Shown: one piece after another, positions 31,801 through 40,595 of the stretch | Numbering within the stretch: position 1 is the first letter of the stretch | How the letters are laid out: each line of letters starts with the position of its first letter | Assembly: GCA_947623555.1 (NCBI GenBank) | Contig: CANQGW010000006.1 | Coordinates: forward strand, 1-56,423 | Source: an uncultured Clostridia bacterium | Lineage (GTDB): Bacteria; Bacillota; Clostridia; TANB77; CAG-508 | Length of the DNA stretch: 56,423 nt | Direction of reading: 5' to 3' | Position numbers and translations under genes: made by a program | Notes under the pieces: model-generated | Database searches by the model: none | The model's input: only the letters and a program-made list of their open reading frames with translations | Told to the model about the DNA's origin: nothing

Positions 31801-31926
31801 TTCTGAATATTCTCTTTTTTGAATTGAAATTGTATTGCCTTTCGCTAACACTTGCTGACTTATAAGTAAAATTAGAATAAAAACTAATGTTATAATTACA
31901 ATAATTGATGTCTTTAGTTGCTTCAT
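28855..31926 (-). CDS. Papain-like C1A cysteine protease with lectin-like region, Big_3 repeats and LPQTG anchor
   Basis: NQMQTNTCWAF (Q/C), DHAVSIIGW (H), IIRNSWG (N); three P.K..Y..G..F...GM.V repeats; LPQTG + TM + basic tail. Confidence 0.92.
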   Translation of the reverse strand: MKQLKTSIIVIITLVFILILLISQQVLAKGNTISIQKREYSEDFKKWLELSDEEKSKVIQPRMYDVKNTSNISKNPLYKAKMITANFDTTFNLKNIIPNNLVIRNQMQTNTCWAFATLSSLETNLALANRNANTNTSKVYDFSERHMEYATSKKFTDQENPQGYNRQVGDGGNWYYAQSYLTNGTGAIDENDMEFENNEDLIALSLIQNKTVTSQVYDTIEFEDYESVDDNKKNEIMNQIKQHIQNYGSVYASIHGDSSTSTIFPCYNNETSAKYCNNSIMHKSDHAVSIIGWNDNFPKESFNEDAQPESDGAWIIRNSWGEKEEYKLEELRQELFKQLQELGIHTVTDPSQITNQMIQQLGFTIEGDTASMEIGDNGLMYVSYEDSNISKTLCGIVKAGDDTDYENIYQYDEYYPASGIKAFSNKIMLCNIFNRKNKSSKEYLTQVSLYAPETYTCKVYVNPTGDGKTKSELKQIQLKDGNTEKFNTGYHTLEFAKPVELTGDKFAVVIEIEGTESTLDLSLEAPVDDIEQWDVVQVEKGKCFVATGNDLSNCQWQDLGQLSTSQAGSDLSDGDSTIKAFTVSHIYDGSLEKIAVTKQPTKTDYFEGDNFETNGMEVTAYYNRKKDPTVVLKAGEYSITNNSNLKVGQTSVKITYNDKSVEQPIKVQANTITSLQVAHAPDVTTYKEGQSFKKDGMVIEAKYKNGTTKTITDYKIEDGNNLKGNQTYVTISYGGQTVKQLITVTPNPLQSIAITKEPNKKEYLVGEDFDKTGMVVTGTYQDNDTYEIIDYKVENGTNLNVNQTSVTIEYEGKTTTQAITVRSKAINSNFDNIRTEIQKVQAYYFTNNSQNYTLINVEIDDISRNMDNDTVEYYYYLSPDPNEQDITGWTKITENQNDSNKLQFTIDSRKLTNYNKIASEETLYLYIKEVAIKGEDQSIAISKPMKLETDKQIETYVDNTKTENLQSSNTGTDKSDKEEDDTVAGGRLPQTGVTIITLVLGVIMTGVGIFVYIRYKTLSKYIK

Positions 31927-32213
31927 AATTTTTCTCCTTTAGTAAATGCATATTTTTCATTATGTATATGATATTCTTATGTTCTTTACATTTTTTAATT
32001 TATTTTTTTTCGATATCATTATATACTTTTGTAAAAAAATTGTAAACACATTTTTACACTTTTATATGTTATTTTTTGCTTTTTTCATTAAAAAAAGTAT
32101 ATATTTTTACATTTTTATATGTAATTACTTTATAAATTCATCTTCTATCTAATTTTATAGATATTCTATGAATTATATAATATTAAAATGGAATGCTATT
32201 ATTATAGAAGGAG

Positions 32214-32570
32214 ATGAAAATGATGATTATTTCTGACAATGATAGAAAAGAAAAATTAGCAAAATATATCGGAAATAATATTTTTCAATATAGGAAATCA
32301 AAAAAATTAACAAGAGAACAATTAGCAGAGAAAAGTAATTTATCATCTAATCATATTTACGAATTAGAAATGGGAAATTGTATTCCTACAACAATTACTT
32401 TAATAGATATTTGTAATGCTCTAAATATTTCATTATCTCAAATAATAGATTTAAACTTTATAAACAATAATAATGAATTTGCAGATAACTTTTTAACTGA
32501 TTTTCAAAAATTAACTGATAAAGAAAAACAAACCATCATTTATTTAATAAAATTTATGGCAAATAATTAA
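32214..32570 (+). CDS. XRE-family HTH transcriptional regulator
   Basis: RKSKKLTREQLAEKSNLS..HIYELE.G...PT..TL..IC.AL; divergent from the cargo operon. Confidence 0.9.
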   Translation: MKMMIISDNDRKEKLAKYIGNNIFQYRKSKKLTREQLAEKSNLSSNHIYELEMGNCIPTTITLIDICNALNISLSQIIDLNFINNNNEFADNFLTDFQKLTDKEKQTIIYLIKFMANN

Positions 32571-32589
32571 ATAAGCAATTTTTTAACTT

Positions 32590-32625
32590 CCATAAACTTA
32601 CACCTTCATGATGCCCTCCTTCTCC
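32590..32625 (-). other. att junction, XRE side
   Basis: Minus strand GGAGAAGGAGGGCAT|CA|TGAAGGTGTAAGTTT; PBP homology stops here; CAnGnAGGTG shared in register with the other junction. Confidence 0.8.
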
Positions 32626-34479
32626 TGTTGGGTTATATAATGTTACTAATATTACTACTTCAGGGTCTGAAATTGGTGCAACCCCCATAAAAGAAGTAAC
32701 ATATTTATTTGTATTTACACCATCTTCCGAAGTTCCTGTTTTTCCGCCTACCCTATAACCTTTTACCGCAGCATTTTTTCCTGTTCCCTGCGCTACTACA
32801 GATTCCATCATGCTTAAAACTTCCTTGCTATGTTCTTCCGAAATAACCCTTTCGCATGTTTTTACTGGCACTTGTGTAACTTCACCTGTTTTACTATTTA
32901 TAATTTGCTTTACTACCCTAGGTGTTATTTTTACTCCTCCATTTGCAATTGTACTAACTGCTGTTACAAGTTGAATTGGGGTTATTTCAAACCTTTGCCC
33001 AAATGAAATAGTAGCAAGTTCTACTGGTCCTACTTTGTTTTCTTTCAAAAATATACTACTAGCCTCACCCGGAAGGTCTATTCCTGTTTTTCCTAATAAA
33101 CCAAACTTATTTAAGTATTTATAATATGTACTAACTCCAAGCTTTTGGCCAAGACCTATAAACACAGGGTTACATGAATTCATTAGTGCTTCTCTTAAAC
33201 TTTCCGAGCCGTGTGGTCTATAATACCTCCAACATTTAATTCTTACACCTGCTATTTCAATGCCTCCTGTGCAACAAAATTCCCCCTGTTTATCAGGTGT
33301 AGTAATTCCTTCTTGTAAAGAGGCTGATGTAGTAATTAATTTAAATGTTGACCCCGGCTCATAAGTATCTGTTACTGCTTTGTTTCGCCATAATGCTAAC
33401 ATTGCTTTATTTTTATCTGCTTGTGACATATTATTCCAATTTTGTTTTAGCTCATCTGTGCTTGGTTCAAAAGGTTCGTTTAAATTATAGTTTGGATATC
33501 CTGCCATTGCTAATATATCACCAGTTTTTGGGTTCATTATTATTATATTTCCACCATCTGTGCATTTATTATCAATGCAGGCTTCTTGTAAATATTTTTC
33601 CGCAATTCCCTGAATTGTAGCATCTATTGTTAAAACCAAATCATTTCCATCAACTGGTGGTACATATTCTTCACTACTATTATTAATGTCACCACCCCTT
33701 GCATCTGTTAATTTTTCAATTTTACCATTTTGACCTTTTAATTGTTCATCATATACAGCTTCAATGCCATCTAACCCCTGATTATCGCTTCCTGAAAAGC
33801 CTATAACTTGAGAAGCTAAATTGTTATATGGGTAATATCTTTTAGTATCTTCATCTATATTAATTCCTGTAGTTATATTATTTTCCTTCATCCATATTCT
33901 TAAATTGTCAGTTTTTTCTTTATCTACTCTTCTTATAATTGTTTCTATAGAACTATTTTTATTTACTTTTTTTAAGGCTGTTTCATAATCTACTTCAAAA
34001 ATATCACTAAATGCTTTTGCAACCTTTTCTTTATCTTGTTTTTTAATGTTAACAGGGTTTACTGTAACAGTTTCTACTGTACTACTAACAGCTAAAATAT
34101 TTTTACCTGTTGCATCATAAATAGTACCACGCTTTGGGCTTATTGCTCTATCTAATGTTTGTTGGGTATATGCCATTAATTGAAGTTTAGCACCTTCTCC
34201 AAATTGAATCCAACCAATTCTAACTATTAATGCTAGTAATAAAAGCCACAATATTATAATTTCATTTCTCATTCTCTTTTTTCTAACTACATCACTGGTT
34301 TTTTCTTCTATTTTTATTTTTTTATTTTTTAATTCTTGTTTAAATTTTTTCTTCTTATCTTTTTCAAAAAATTTTTTATCATTTTTAATATCTAATTTCT
34401 CTTGTTTCTTTTCTTTTTTTAATTTTAATAGTTGTTTTTTATTCATAATTTGCCTTAAACTTGTTTTTACATGTCGCAT
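32611..34479 (-). CDS. spoVD: 5' segment (623 codons) of the split class B PBP, SpoVD/FtsI family
   Basis: PKRGTIYD, KRYYP, GLDGIE, TIDATIQ, YEPGSTFK (SxxK), SCN, KTGT; dcw position; ORF-track tail HEGVSLWKLKNCLFNYLP is read-through into the element. Confidence 0.93.
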
Positions 34480-34657
34480 TATATTTTACCCCTATCTATA
34501 TTTTTGTTTTAATTTTATTCAAAAAATATAAAAAAAGAATAAAATCATTGATTATTAAATTAAAATTTAGTATAATAGATTTACATAACTTTCATTCCTG
34601 TTTTTCAGTTTTTATATAGGCAGCCATGGTAAAATTAATATTTTAAGGAGGTATTTT

Positions 34658-34873
34658 ATGAAAAAATTAGTCAGAAGATTCACAATAGCTATTATTCTTA
34701 TTTTGGGAATAATTCAAGTTTCGCCTTATGCATTTGCACATTCAGTTAATTTATGTGCATCACAAGAAGTACCTATTATACTTTATATTTCTAATATAAT
34801 AATAATTGTACTCTTGGTTGTACTTGCAATAGCTCTTGCTATTGCATATTATTACAATAAAAAGCATAAGTAA
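34658..34873 (+). CDS. Small membrane protein (signal peptide + one TM)
   Basis: AAGGAGGT RBS; AFA cleavage motif; hydrophobic stretch and basic tail. Confidence 0.7.
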   Translation: MKKLVRRFTIAIILILGIIQVSPYAFAHSVNLCASQEVPIILYISNIIIIVLLVVLAIALAIAYYYNKKHK

Positions 34874-34887
34874 TTTATCTCTGACTA

Positions 34888-34927
34888 AAAAACAAAACTC
34901 TAGTAGTTATACTAGAGTTTTGTTTTT
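34888..34927. terminator. Bidirectional terminator between the small gene and ftsL
   Basis: AAAAACAAAACTCTAGTA-GTTA-TACTAGAGTTTTGTTTTT. Confidence 0.85.
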
Positions 34928-34958
34928 ATTTTCACATATTTTATATAATAAAGTTAAT

Positions 34959-35480
34959 TTACTTTAATAAATTTGTAAGTCCTTTTATTAATTGTTCAAA
35001 CCAATTATTGTTTTCTTTAATAGATACCTGTTCACTTGCAGGTTCTACATAATCTTTTTTAGGAAGGGTTACATATACTTTTTGCGATTCATCTATTTTT
35101 TTCATTCCTAATAGTTCAGAAGCTGATTTTTCAATGTTTGCTAAATTAAGACTGTTTTGAATACTAATTTCTATTTGTGCATTTTCTTTTTGAAGCACGC
35201 TTAATTGTTCTTTTAAATCTTCTTTTTTATTAAAATTTGCTGTAATAAGTGAGTTTCTATAACTTATGGCAAACAAAACAGAAAAACCTAATAATATGTA
35301 TAAAACTGTTTTAGCTTCTACCTTCATTTTTATATTTTGTTGCTTTTTAGCTGTTTGCTTTTTGGTTTTTAATGTAGAAGACTTTTTCTTTTTTATAGGT
35401 TCTTTTTTATCTGGTCTATAATCTGGTTTTACTTTTCTAGGGCTAGTTTCATATTGATAATTAACCTGCCTATATGCCAT
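34959..35480 (-). CDS. ftsL: FtsL-like cell division protein
   Basis: Follows rsmH; basic N-tail, one TM, coiled coil, IEK.A..LLGM motif. Confidence 0.8.
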   Translation of the reverse strand: MAYRQVNYQYETSPRKVKPDYRPDKKEPIKKKKSSTLKTKKQTAKKQQNIKMKVEAKTVLYILLGFSVLFAISYRNSLITANFNKKEDLKEQLSVLQKENAQIEISIQNSLNLANIEKSASELLGMKKIDESQKVYVTLPKKDYVEPASEQVSIKENNNWFEQLIKGLTNLLK

Positions 35481-35513
35481 AAGTTTTCACCTCTTTTCCT
35501 TTTGTATTTTTAT

Positions 35514-36452
35514 TTATTTTTTATCGTATCGTTCAAAAATGCGAAGCTTTGCACTTTTTGATCTTGGGTTTCTATTTTGCTCTTCCTGTGTTGCCACAAT
35601 TGGTTTTTTATTAATTATTTTTCCAAAAGATTTATATCCGCAAACACAATATGGTAAATCTTTTGGGCATGTACATTTTCCTTGCATATCCATCATGGCA
35701 TTTTTAACGGCTCTATCTTCTAATGAATGGAATGTAATTACTGCTAACCTACCATGCTCTTTTAAAGAGTTAATACAATTTATAATTGTTTGATATAATG
35801 GCTTAATTTCATTATTAACTTCAATTCTAATTGCTTGAAATGTTCTTTTAGCAGGATGCCCTTCGTTTTGTTTAGATTTTGGGATAGAGTTTTCTATTAT
35901 TTGCACTAATTCTTTTGTTGTTTCTATTTGTTTAGTTTTACGATATTTGCAAATATTTTTAGCAATTTGCCTGCTAAATTTTTCTTCACCATATTCCCAA
36001 ATAATATTTGCTAAATTTTCTTCTTCATAGGTGTTTACTACATCTTTTGCGGTTATGCCACTTGTTCTATCCATTCTCATATCTAAAATGCTATCCCCCA
36101 TGTAGCTAAAGCCCCTATTTCTTTCATCTAATTGGTATGATGAAACGCCTAAATCTAATAAAATGCCATCTACACTTGATATGTTAAGTTCTTCTAAAAT
36201 AGCTTGTATATTGTCATGGTTACCATGATAATATATTACGTTTTTATAACCTTCTAATTTTTTAGATGCTGCATTTAGCGCGTCAGTATCTTTATCAATA
36301 CCTATAAGTTTACCATTTAGAGATAATTTTTTAACAATTTCTATGCTATGCCCTGCCCCACCTAATGTACCATCTACATAAATACCATTTGGATTAATAT
36401 TTAATGCTTGTATACATTCTTTTAATAAAACAGGTTCATGACTAAATTCCAT
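35514..36452 (-). CDS. rsmH: 16S rRNA m4C1402 methyltransferase
   Basis: HEPVLL, DGTLGGAGHS, DLGVSSYQLD, FQAIRIEVN, FHSLEDR, NPRSKSAKLR. Confidence 0.98.
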   Translation of the reverse strand: MEFSHEPVLLKECIQALNINPNGIYVDGTLGGAGHSIEIVKKLSLNGKLIGIDKDTDALNAASKKLEGYKNVIYYHGNHDNIQAILEELNISSVDGILLDLGVSSYQLDERNRGFSYMGDSILDMRMDRTSGITAKDVVNTYEEENLANIIWEYGEEKFSRQIAKNICKYRKTKQIETTKELVQIIENSIPKSKQNEGHPAKRTFQAIRIEVNNEIKPLYQTIINCINSLKEHGRLAVITFHSLEDRAVKNAMMDMQGKCTCPKDLPYCVCGYKSFGKIINKKPIVATQEEQNRNPRSKSAKLRIFERYDKK

Positions 36453-36853
36453 TTGCTTTTTTAGGTTTCCTTATATAACTATTTAGGTTTTTAAAAAGGT
36501 ATTACCCATAAACCTTTATTTATTTTTGTTTGCCATTAAATTGTTTCTTATAGCACAAGCAGTTGGTATATATTTATACCAACTGTGTACTATTTTTAGT
36601 TTTTCTTTTGTACTATTTTATCTTTGGTAGGATAGGAAATTTATTTTCTTTAGTATTTTTTTATTTCATTTGTAAGCTATTTTGCTTTAATTTTTCTTTA
36701 GTAAAAATTTATCTTTTGTATTTTCTTTTTTATTTTTACTTTTGTACATTAAAATTTTTATCTTTTGTTTAAATTTTGCTTTTGTATTTTAAAATTTTAT
36801 CTTTTGTGTTTTTTTATTTTTCTTTAGTATGGATTTATATAAACTTTTGCAAG

Positions 36854-37285
36854 TTATATACCAAGCATTGTCATATTTTCTGCAATTTCATCAGCTGAAA
36901 TATTTTCATTGCTATTATAAGATTGCCATTTTTCTTTATCCCAAATTTCAATTCTAGTGCCTACACCTATAATTACTGCATCTTTTAGTAAATTTGCATA
37001 GGTTCGAAGGTTTGCTACTATTAAAAATCTTCCTTGCTTATCTATTTCACATTCTGTAGCACCAGATAAGAAAAATCTTACAAAGTCTCTTGCGTTTTTA
37101 TTAGTAAGTGGTAGTGTTTTTAGTTTTTCTTCAAAGCTTACCCATTCTGTTTGTGAAAATCCGAATAAACATCCATCTAGCCCTTTTGTAATAATAAATT
37201 TTTCTCCCATGTCTTCTCTAATTTTTGCTGGTAAAATTAGTCTTCCTTTAACATCTAGAGAATGTTCATATTCACCTATTAACAC
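36854..37285 (-). CDS. mraZ: Division/cell wall cluster repressor MraZ
   Basis: D.KGR and DKQGR motifs, IIGVG.RIEIW. Confidence 0.97.
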   Translation of the reverse strand: MLIGEYEHSLDVKGRLILPAKIREDMGEKFIITKGLDGCLFGFSQTEWVSFEEKLKTLPLTNKNARDFVRFFLSGATECEIDKQGRFLIVANLRTYANLLKDAVIIGVGTRIEIWDKEKWQSYNSNENISADEIAENMTMLGI

Positions 37286-37310
37286 TTTATTTCACCTCGC
37301 TAACATTTCG

Positions 37311-37340
37311 TTCCACTTTTCACCACTTTGCTCCACTTCA
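37311..37340 (-). promoter_or_regulatory. MraZ-binding repeats
   Basis: AAGTGGAG / AAGTGGTG / AAGTGGAA at 10-bp periodicity upstream of mraZ. Confidence 0.85.
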
Positions 37341-37494
37341 ATTAGATTTTAATACAACAATTTATAAATATCAAGTATTTTTTAAAAAAAGTTTAAATTT
37401 TTTATTAATTTCTTTATTAAAAATTTTTCTAAAAATAGTTTTATATTTTTGCTTTATAATTAAAACTAAAAAAAAACTAATTATTATTTAATAA

Positions 37495-38097
37495 TTAGTT
37501 TTTTTCTAAACATTCATTTATAATATCTTCTAATTTAGTAGTGTCTACAATTGATTCTATACTAGCATCTAACATTTCTTTTGGTGAAATGTTAGTTAAA
37601 TTTAATATGTATCCGTTTTTTAATGCTAGTTGCCTTATGAACTCTCTATTTGTTCTACCATTTCCTTCACGAAATGGGTGCAGTACATTTAACTCTGATA
37701 AATAATATGCTAACCTTTTAGCTAGCTTTTCCTTTGGTAAGCAAGCTAAATAATTTTCCTGTTTTATTTCATTTATTAATCTATCAAGCTCTGGCTCTAT
37801 ATATTCCCACATAGCAAACCTAAATACACCTTTTGCAATGTTTTCTTCGCGTAGTTTCCCTGCAAATGGATAAATATCTTCAAATAGATATTTATGTATT
37901 GATAGAAAATGTTTTTTACTAAAGTCACCAGTAATACCCTGTTGCCTTAAGCTTAAAGATTTTGCAGCAGTTATTTTTGCTTCGTAAAAGCTTAATTCTT
38001 TTTCATTTTTTATATTCATATTATTTATTAAAACATTACTATTAGGATAGCAATATTTTGAGTTTCTTTTTTCATATTCATTTTCCATGTTTATCAC
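37495..38097 (-). CDS. Fic-domain AMPylase (FicT-like toxin)
   Basis: Canonical HPFREGNGRTNR motif; YCYP..VL.N N-terminus. Confidence 0.92.
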   Translation of the reverse strand: MINMENEYEKRNSKYCYPNSNVLINNMNIKNEKELSFYEAKITAAKSLSLRQQGITGDFSKKHFLSIHKYLFEDIYPFAGKLREENIAKGVFRFAMWEYIEPELDRLINEIKQENYLACLPKEKLAKRLAYYLSELNVLHPFREGNGRTNREFIRQLALKNGYILNLTNISPKEMLDASIESIVDTTKLEDIINECLEKN

Positions 38098-38173
38098 CTT
38101 ATGCTATTTTACAACTTGTTTTATATTTATGCAATCACTAAAAAAGAGATATAAAATTATATCCCTTTTTTAG

Positions 38174-38347
38174 TTATAAATTAGCTGGTTGATCTTTAAT
38201 CATTTGAATTAATTCTGGCATTGCAATTTCGTTATTTGCAAACATTTTAAACATATTTATATCATTTTCATTAATAGCCATTCCTTCAATTGCTAAATCA
38301 TTTTGTATATTTTCTATATTAAAATTAAACATTTCTTCATTAAACAT
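38174..38347 (-). CDS. VbhA/FicA-like antitoxin
   Basis: 57 aa directly upstream of fic; DLAIEG resembles the (S/T)xxxE(G/N) inhibitory motif; AAGGAGG RBS. Confidence 0.7.
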   Translation of the reverse strand: MFNEEMFNFNIENIQNDLAIEGMAINENDINMFKMFANNEIAMPELIQMIKDQPANL

Positions 38348-38525
38348 ATTTTTATCCTCCTTTGGACTTAAATATTTTAACCACCACAATATTATTATAC
38401 CACAAAATGGGCAAAAAGTACAGCTTTTTTGCGTATTTTATAATATTTTTTATGGCAAAAATTTTGCTAAATATTAACTAAAAATAACTAGCAATTTTAT
38501 TTAAATTGCTAGTTATTTATATTAT

Positions 38526-39254
38526 TTATCTTACTTCTCTTAATTTTACAACTAATCTTTCTTTACCATGGTTTGTACAAGTAATAAGTGTAAGCTCTTT
38601 TCTTCCATCTGTTAATTGACTAGTACAGCTTGTATCTGTTGGCTTAACAACAAATTTATCGTATACTTCATATTCAATAGTTCTTCCTGATAAATCAGTT
38701 AATTTAGCAATATCGCCATTTTTTAATTTATGTAAGTTACCAAACATTTTTCCACTTTGATAATAATGACCTACAATGCAGTAGTTTCCAACCTCATTTG
38801 GTTCTGGTCCATGAAAATAATTAAGTGATACAAATAAAAGGTCTGGTGACGTTTCAGAAAGAACTGGATATTTAAGTTGTATAGTAGGTATTTCTAGTAC
38901 GGCCTCTGTAGTATATTCTATTCCTTCTGCTGATTTATAAGTAGCTGTATCTACCTGTAATTTTTTAGCTATTTCTTCTTTTTGTTTTTGTGCTTCTTTA
39001 TCTTCTAATATTACAACAATTGTATCATCATTTGCTTTTTTAATTGTGTCATCACTTTCTTCATATTTAAGTTGTGCAAGTATTTCTTGTGATACTTGTT
39101 CTGTTTTGTTTCTATCATATTCTGCATAAATATAGTATGAAAATAAAAGGCATACTAAAAACACAGATAAAAAGAATTCTATTTTATAGATGAACTTTTT
39201 TCTTTTTATCTCTGGTGTAATATATAATTTTTCTGTTACAAGTATTTGATTCAT
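38526..39254 (-). CDS. Sortase
   Basis: N-terminal TM; GNYCIVGH, LTLITC and RLVV (His-Cys-Arg triad). Confidence 0.9.
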   Translation of the reverse strand: MNQILVTEKLYITPEIKRKKFIYKIEFFLSVFLVCLLFSYYIYAEYDRNKTEQVSQEILAQLKYEESDDTIKKANDDTIVVILEDKEAQKQKEEIAKKLQVDTATYKSAEGIEYTTEAVLEIPTIQLKYPVLSETSPDLLFVSLNYFHGPEPNEVGNYCIVGHYYQSGKMFGNLHKLKNGDIAKLTDLSGRTIEYEVYDKFVVKPTDTSCTSQLTDGRKELTLITCTNHGKERLVVKLREVR

Positions 39255-39349
39255 GTATAAGTTTTCCTTTCTTTATCATACAAAACTATTATATCATTAA
39301 TTTTAATATTTTTAAAGAGGAATAGCAAAAAATTTTTTACCATTATATT

Positions 39350-40579
39350 CTACCATGTTAACTTTTTATATTTTTTCTTGTAGTTAAAATCTTTTGCTAG
39401 CAAATAAAGCCTTCTTCTTATGTCTTTATCCTTTTTATATTTTAAAGGATTTACCATTTTATTTTGTTTTGCTAAAATAAGTGCCTGCTCTACTAATGGC
39501 TTGCTTGTTACATATTTTTTTATAACGCTTTTAGGCACAAAGTTAAGTGCTACCTTTTCTTTAACTAATATGCATGGTTTTTCTTTATGATAAATTAGGT
39601 CATCTACTAAATATTTAATTAAATTGTGACCACTTGCAGTCAAATAATAACTACATCTAGCTTGCCTTGGATTTATTTCAAGAACTTTATATTTTTTATC
39701 TCTACTATCGTATTTTAAATCGAACTCTGCAAAGCCTTGATAGCCTAGCTCTTCCATAAATTGTTTTAAAGGCTCTACTATTTTTTCATCATAACCATGT
39801 TCATTAAAGCCATTAACTAAAAATGTACAGTTGCCTATTCCTCCTGGGTTTCTTTCTTGCAAACCTATTTGTGCAAATGTAATTAACTGTACTTTTTTAT
39901 TTTTGCTACAATAAAACACACTATCAAACAAGGCACAGTCATCACCTGGTATAAACTCTTGAATTACTAAATTACTTTTATAGCCAGCATTTTTTATTTT
40001 TTTAATAACGTTTTCTAGCTCTTCCCTAGAAAATACTTTAAATACCTTATACATTCCTTCAAATTTATGGTTATGGTATTCTATATTGTTTCCCGGTTTT
40101 ACAATTAACGGATACATAAGCATTTTTAATTTCTGCTCATCAAGTGCTTGATTTTCTGCACATGAATATATATATGTTTTTGGGATATCTAAAATGCTAT
40201 TTTCAAAAGTTTGGTAAAATGTGTCTTTCACTAATGTTTTGTTTAAAATTTCTAAACTAGGGTAATTATGCAAATATTTCTTATCTAATTTTCCTTGGTT
40301 TTCAACAATTAAGCGTACTAATTCATCACTTGTTGCTACAACAATAATTTTATTTTCTTTCTGCCTATTTGCATATTCATTTAAAGTTTTAACAAAAACT
40401 TCTGCATTTTCAAAATTTTCTGCTTCTTTAAAATTAACAATACTGCTGTATGAAACAACCCCTATTGCCTTTTTTGAAATAACATCAACTTTTTTGTTAT
40501 ATAACTCATGATAGCATCTTGCCATATAATATGCATTAAAATCACTACCTAGTATAAGTACTTTAAAACTTTCTTCCAT
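39350..40579 (-). CDS. ATP-grasp carboxylate-amine ligase (D-aspartate ligase-like)
   Basis: LGSDFNAYYMARCYHE, YPLIVKP, IQEFIPGDD, FDLKYD.RD, EINPRQ.R. Confidence 0.8.
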   Translation of the reverse strand: MEESFKVLILGSDFNAYYMARCYHELYNKKVDVISKKAIGVVSYSSIVNFKEAENFENAEVFVKTLNEYANRQKENKIIVVATSDELVRLIVENQGKLDKKYLHNYPSLEILNKTLVKDTFYQTFENSILDIPKTYIYSCAENQALDEQKLKMLMYPLIVKPGNNIEYHNHKFEGMYKVFKVFSREELENVIKKIKNAGYKSNLVIQEFIPGDDCALFDSVFYCSKNKKVQLITFAQIGLQERNPGGIGNCTFLVNGFNEHGYDEKIVEPLKQFMEELGYQGFAEFDLKYDSRDKKYKVLEINPRQARCSYYLTASGHNLIKYLVDDLIYHKEKPCILVKEKVALNFVPKSVIKKYVTSKPLVEQALILAKQNKMVNPLKYKKDKDIRRRLYLLAKDFNYKKKYKKLTW

Positions 40580-40595
40580 TTTCTATTCATTCCTT

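Larger units (their letters stand above)
20411..32610. mobile_element. 12,200-bp serine-recombinase element interrupting spoVD (skin-like intervening element)
   Basis: Lies between two halves of one PBP gene that join in frame; tandem large serine recombinases at one end, XRE regulator at the other; no phage, conjugation or replication genes recognised. Confidence 0.92.

Noticed and set aside
31946-32152. 68-aa F/I/Y-rich ORF, and similarly 36563-36772
   Set aside because: Low-complexity translation of AT-rich intergenic or promoter DNA.
32554-32610. ORF-track C-terminus HEGVSLWKLKNCLFNYLP as the true PBP end
   Set aside because: No PBP similarity, and it overlaps the XRE gene end; the real continuation is at 20410-20114.
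20411-32610. Prophage or ICE
   Set aside because: No structural, terminase, relaxase, T4SS or replication genes recognised.
34512-34543. SigmaE promoter for spoVD
   Set aside because: A -10-like AATAAAAT is present but there is no convincing -35 at the expected spacing.
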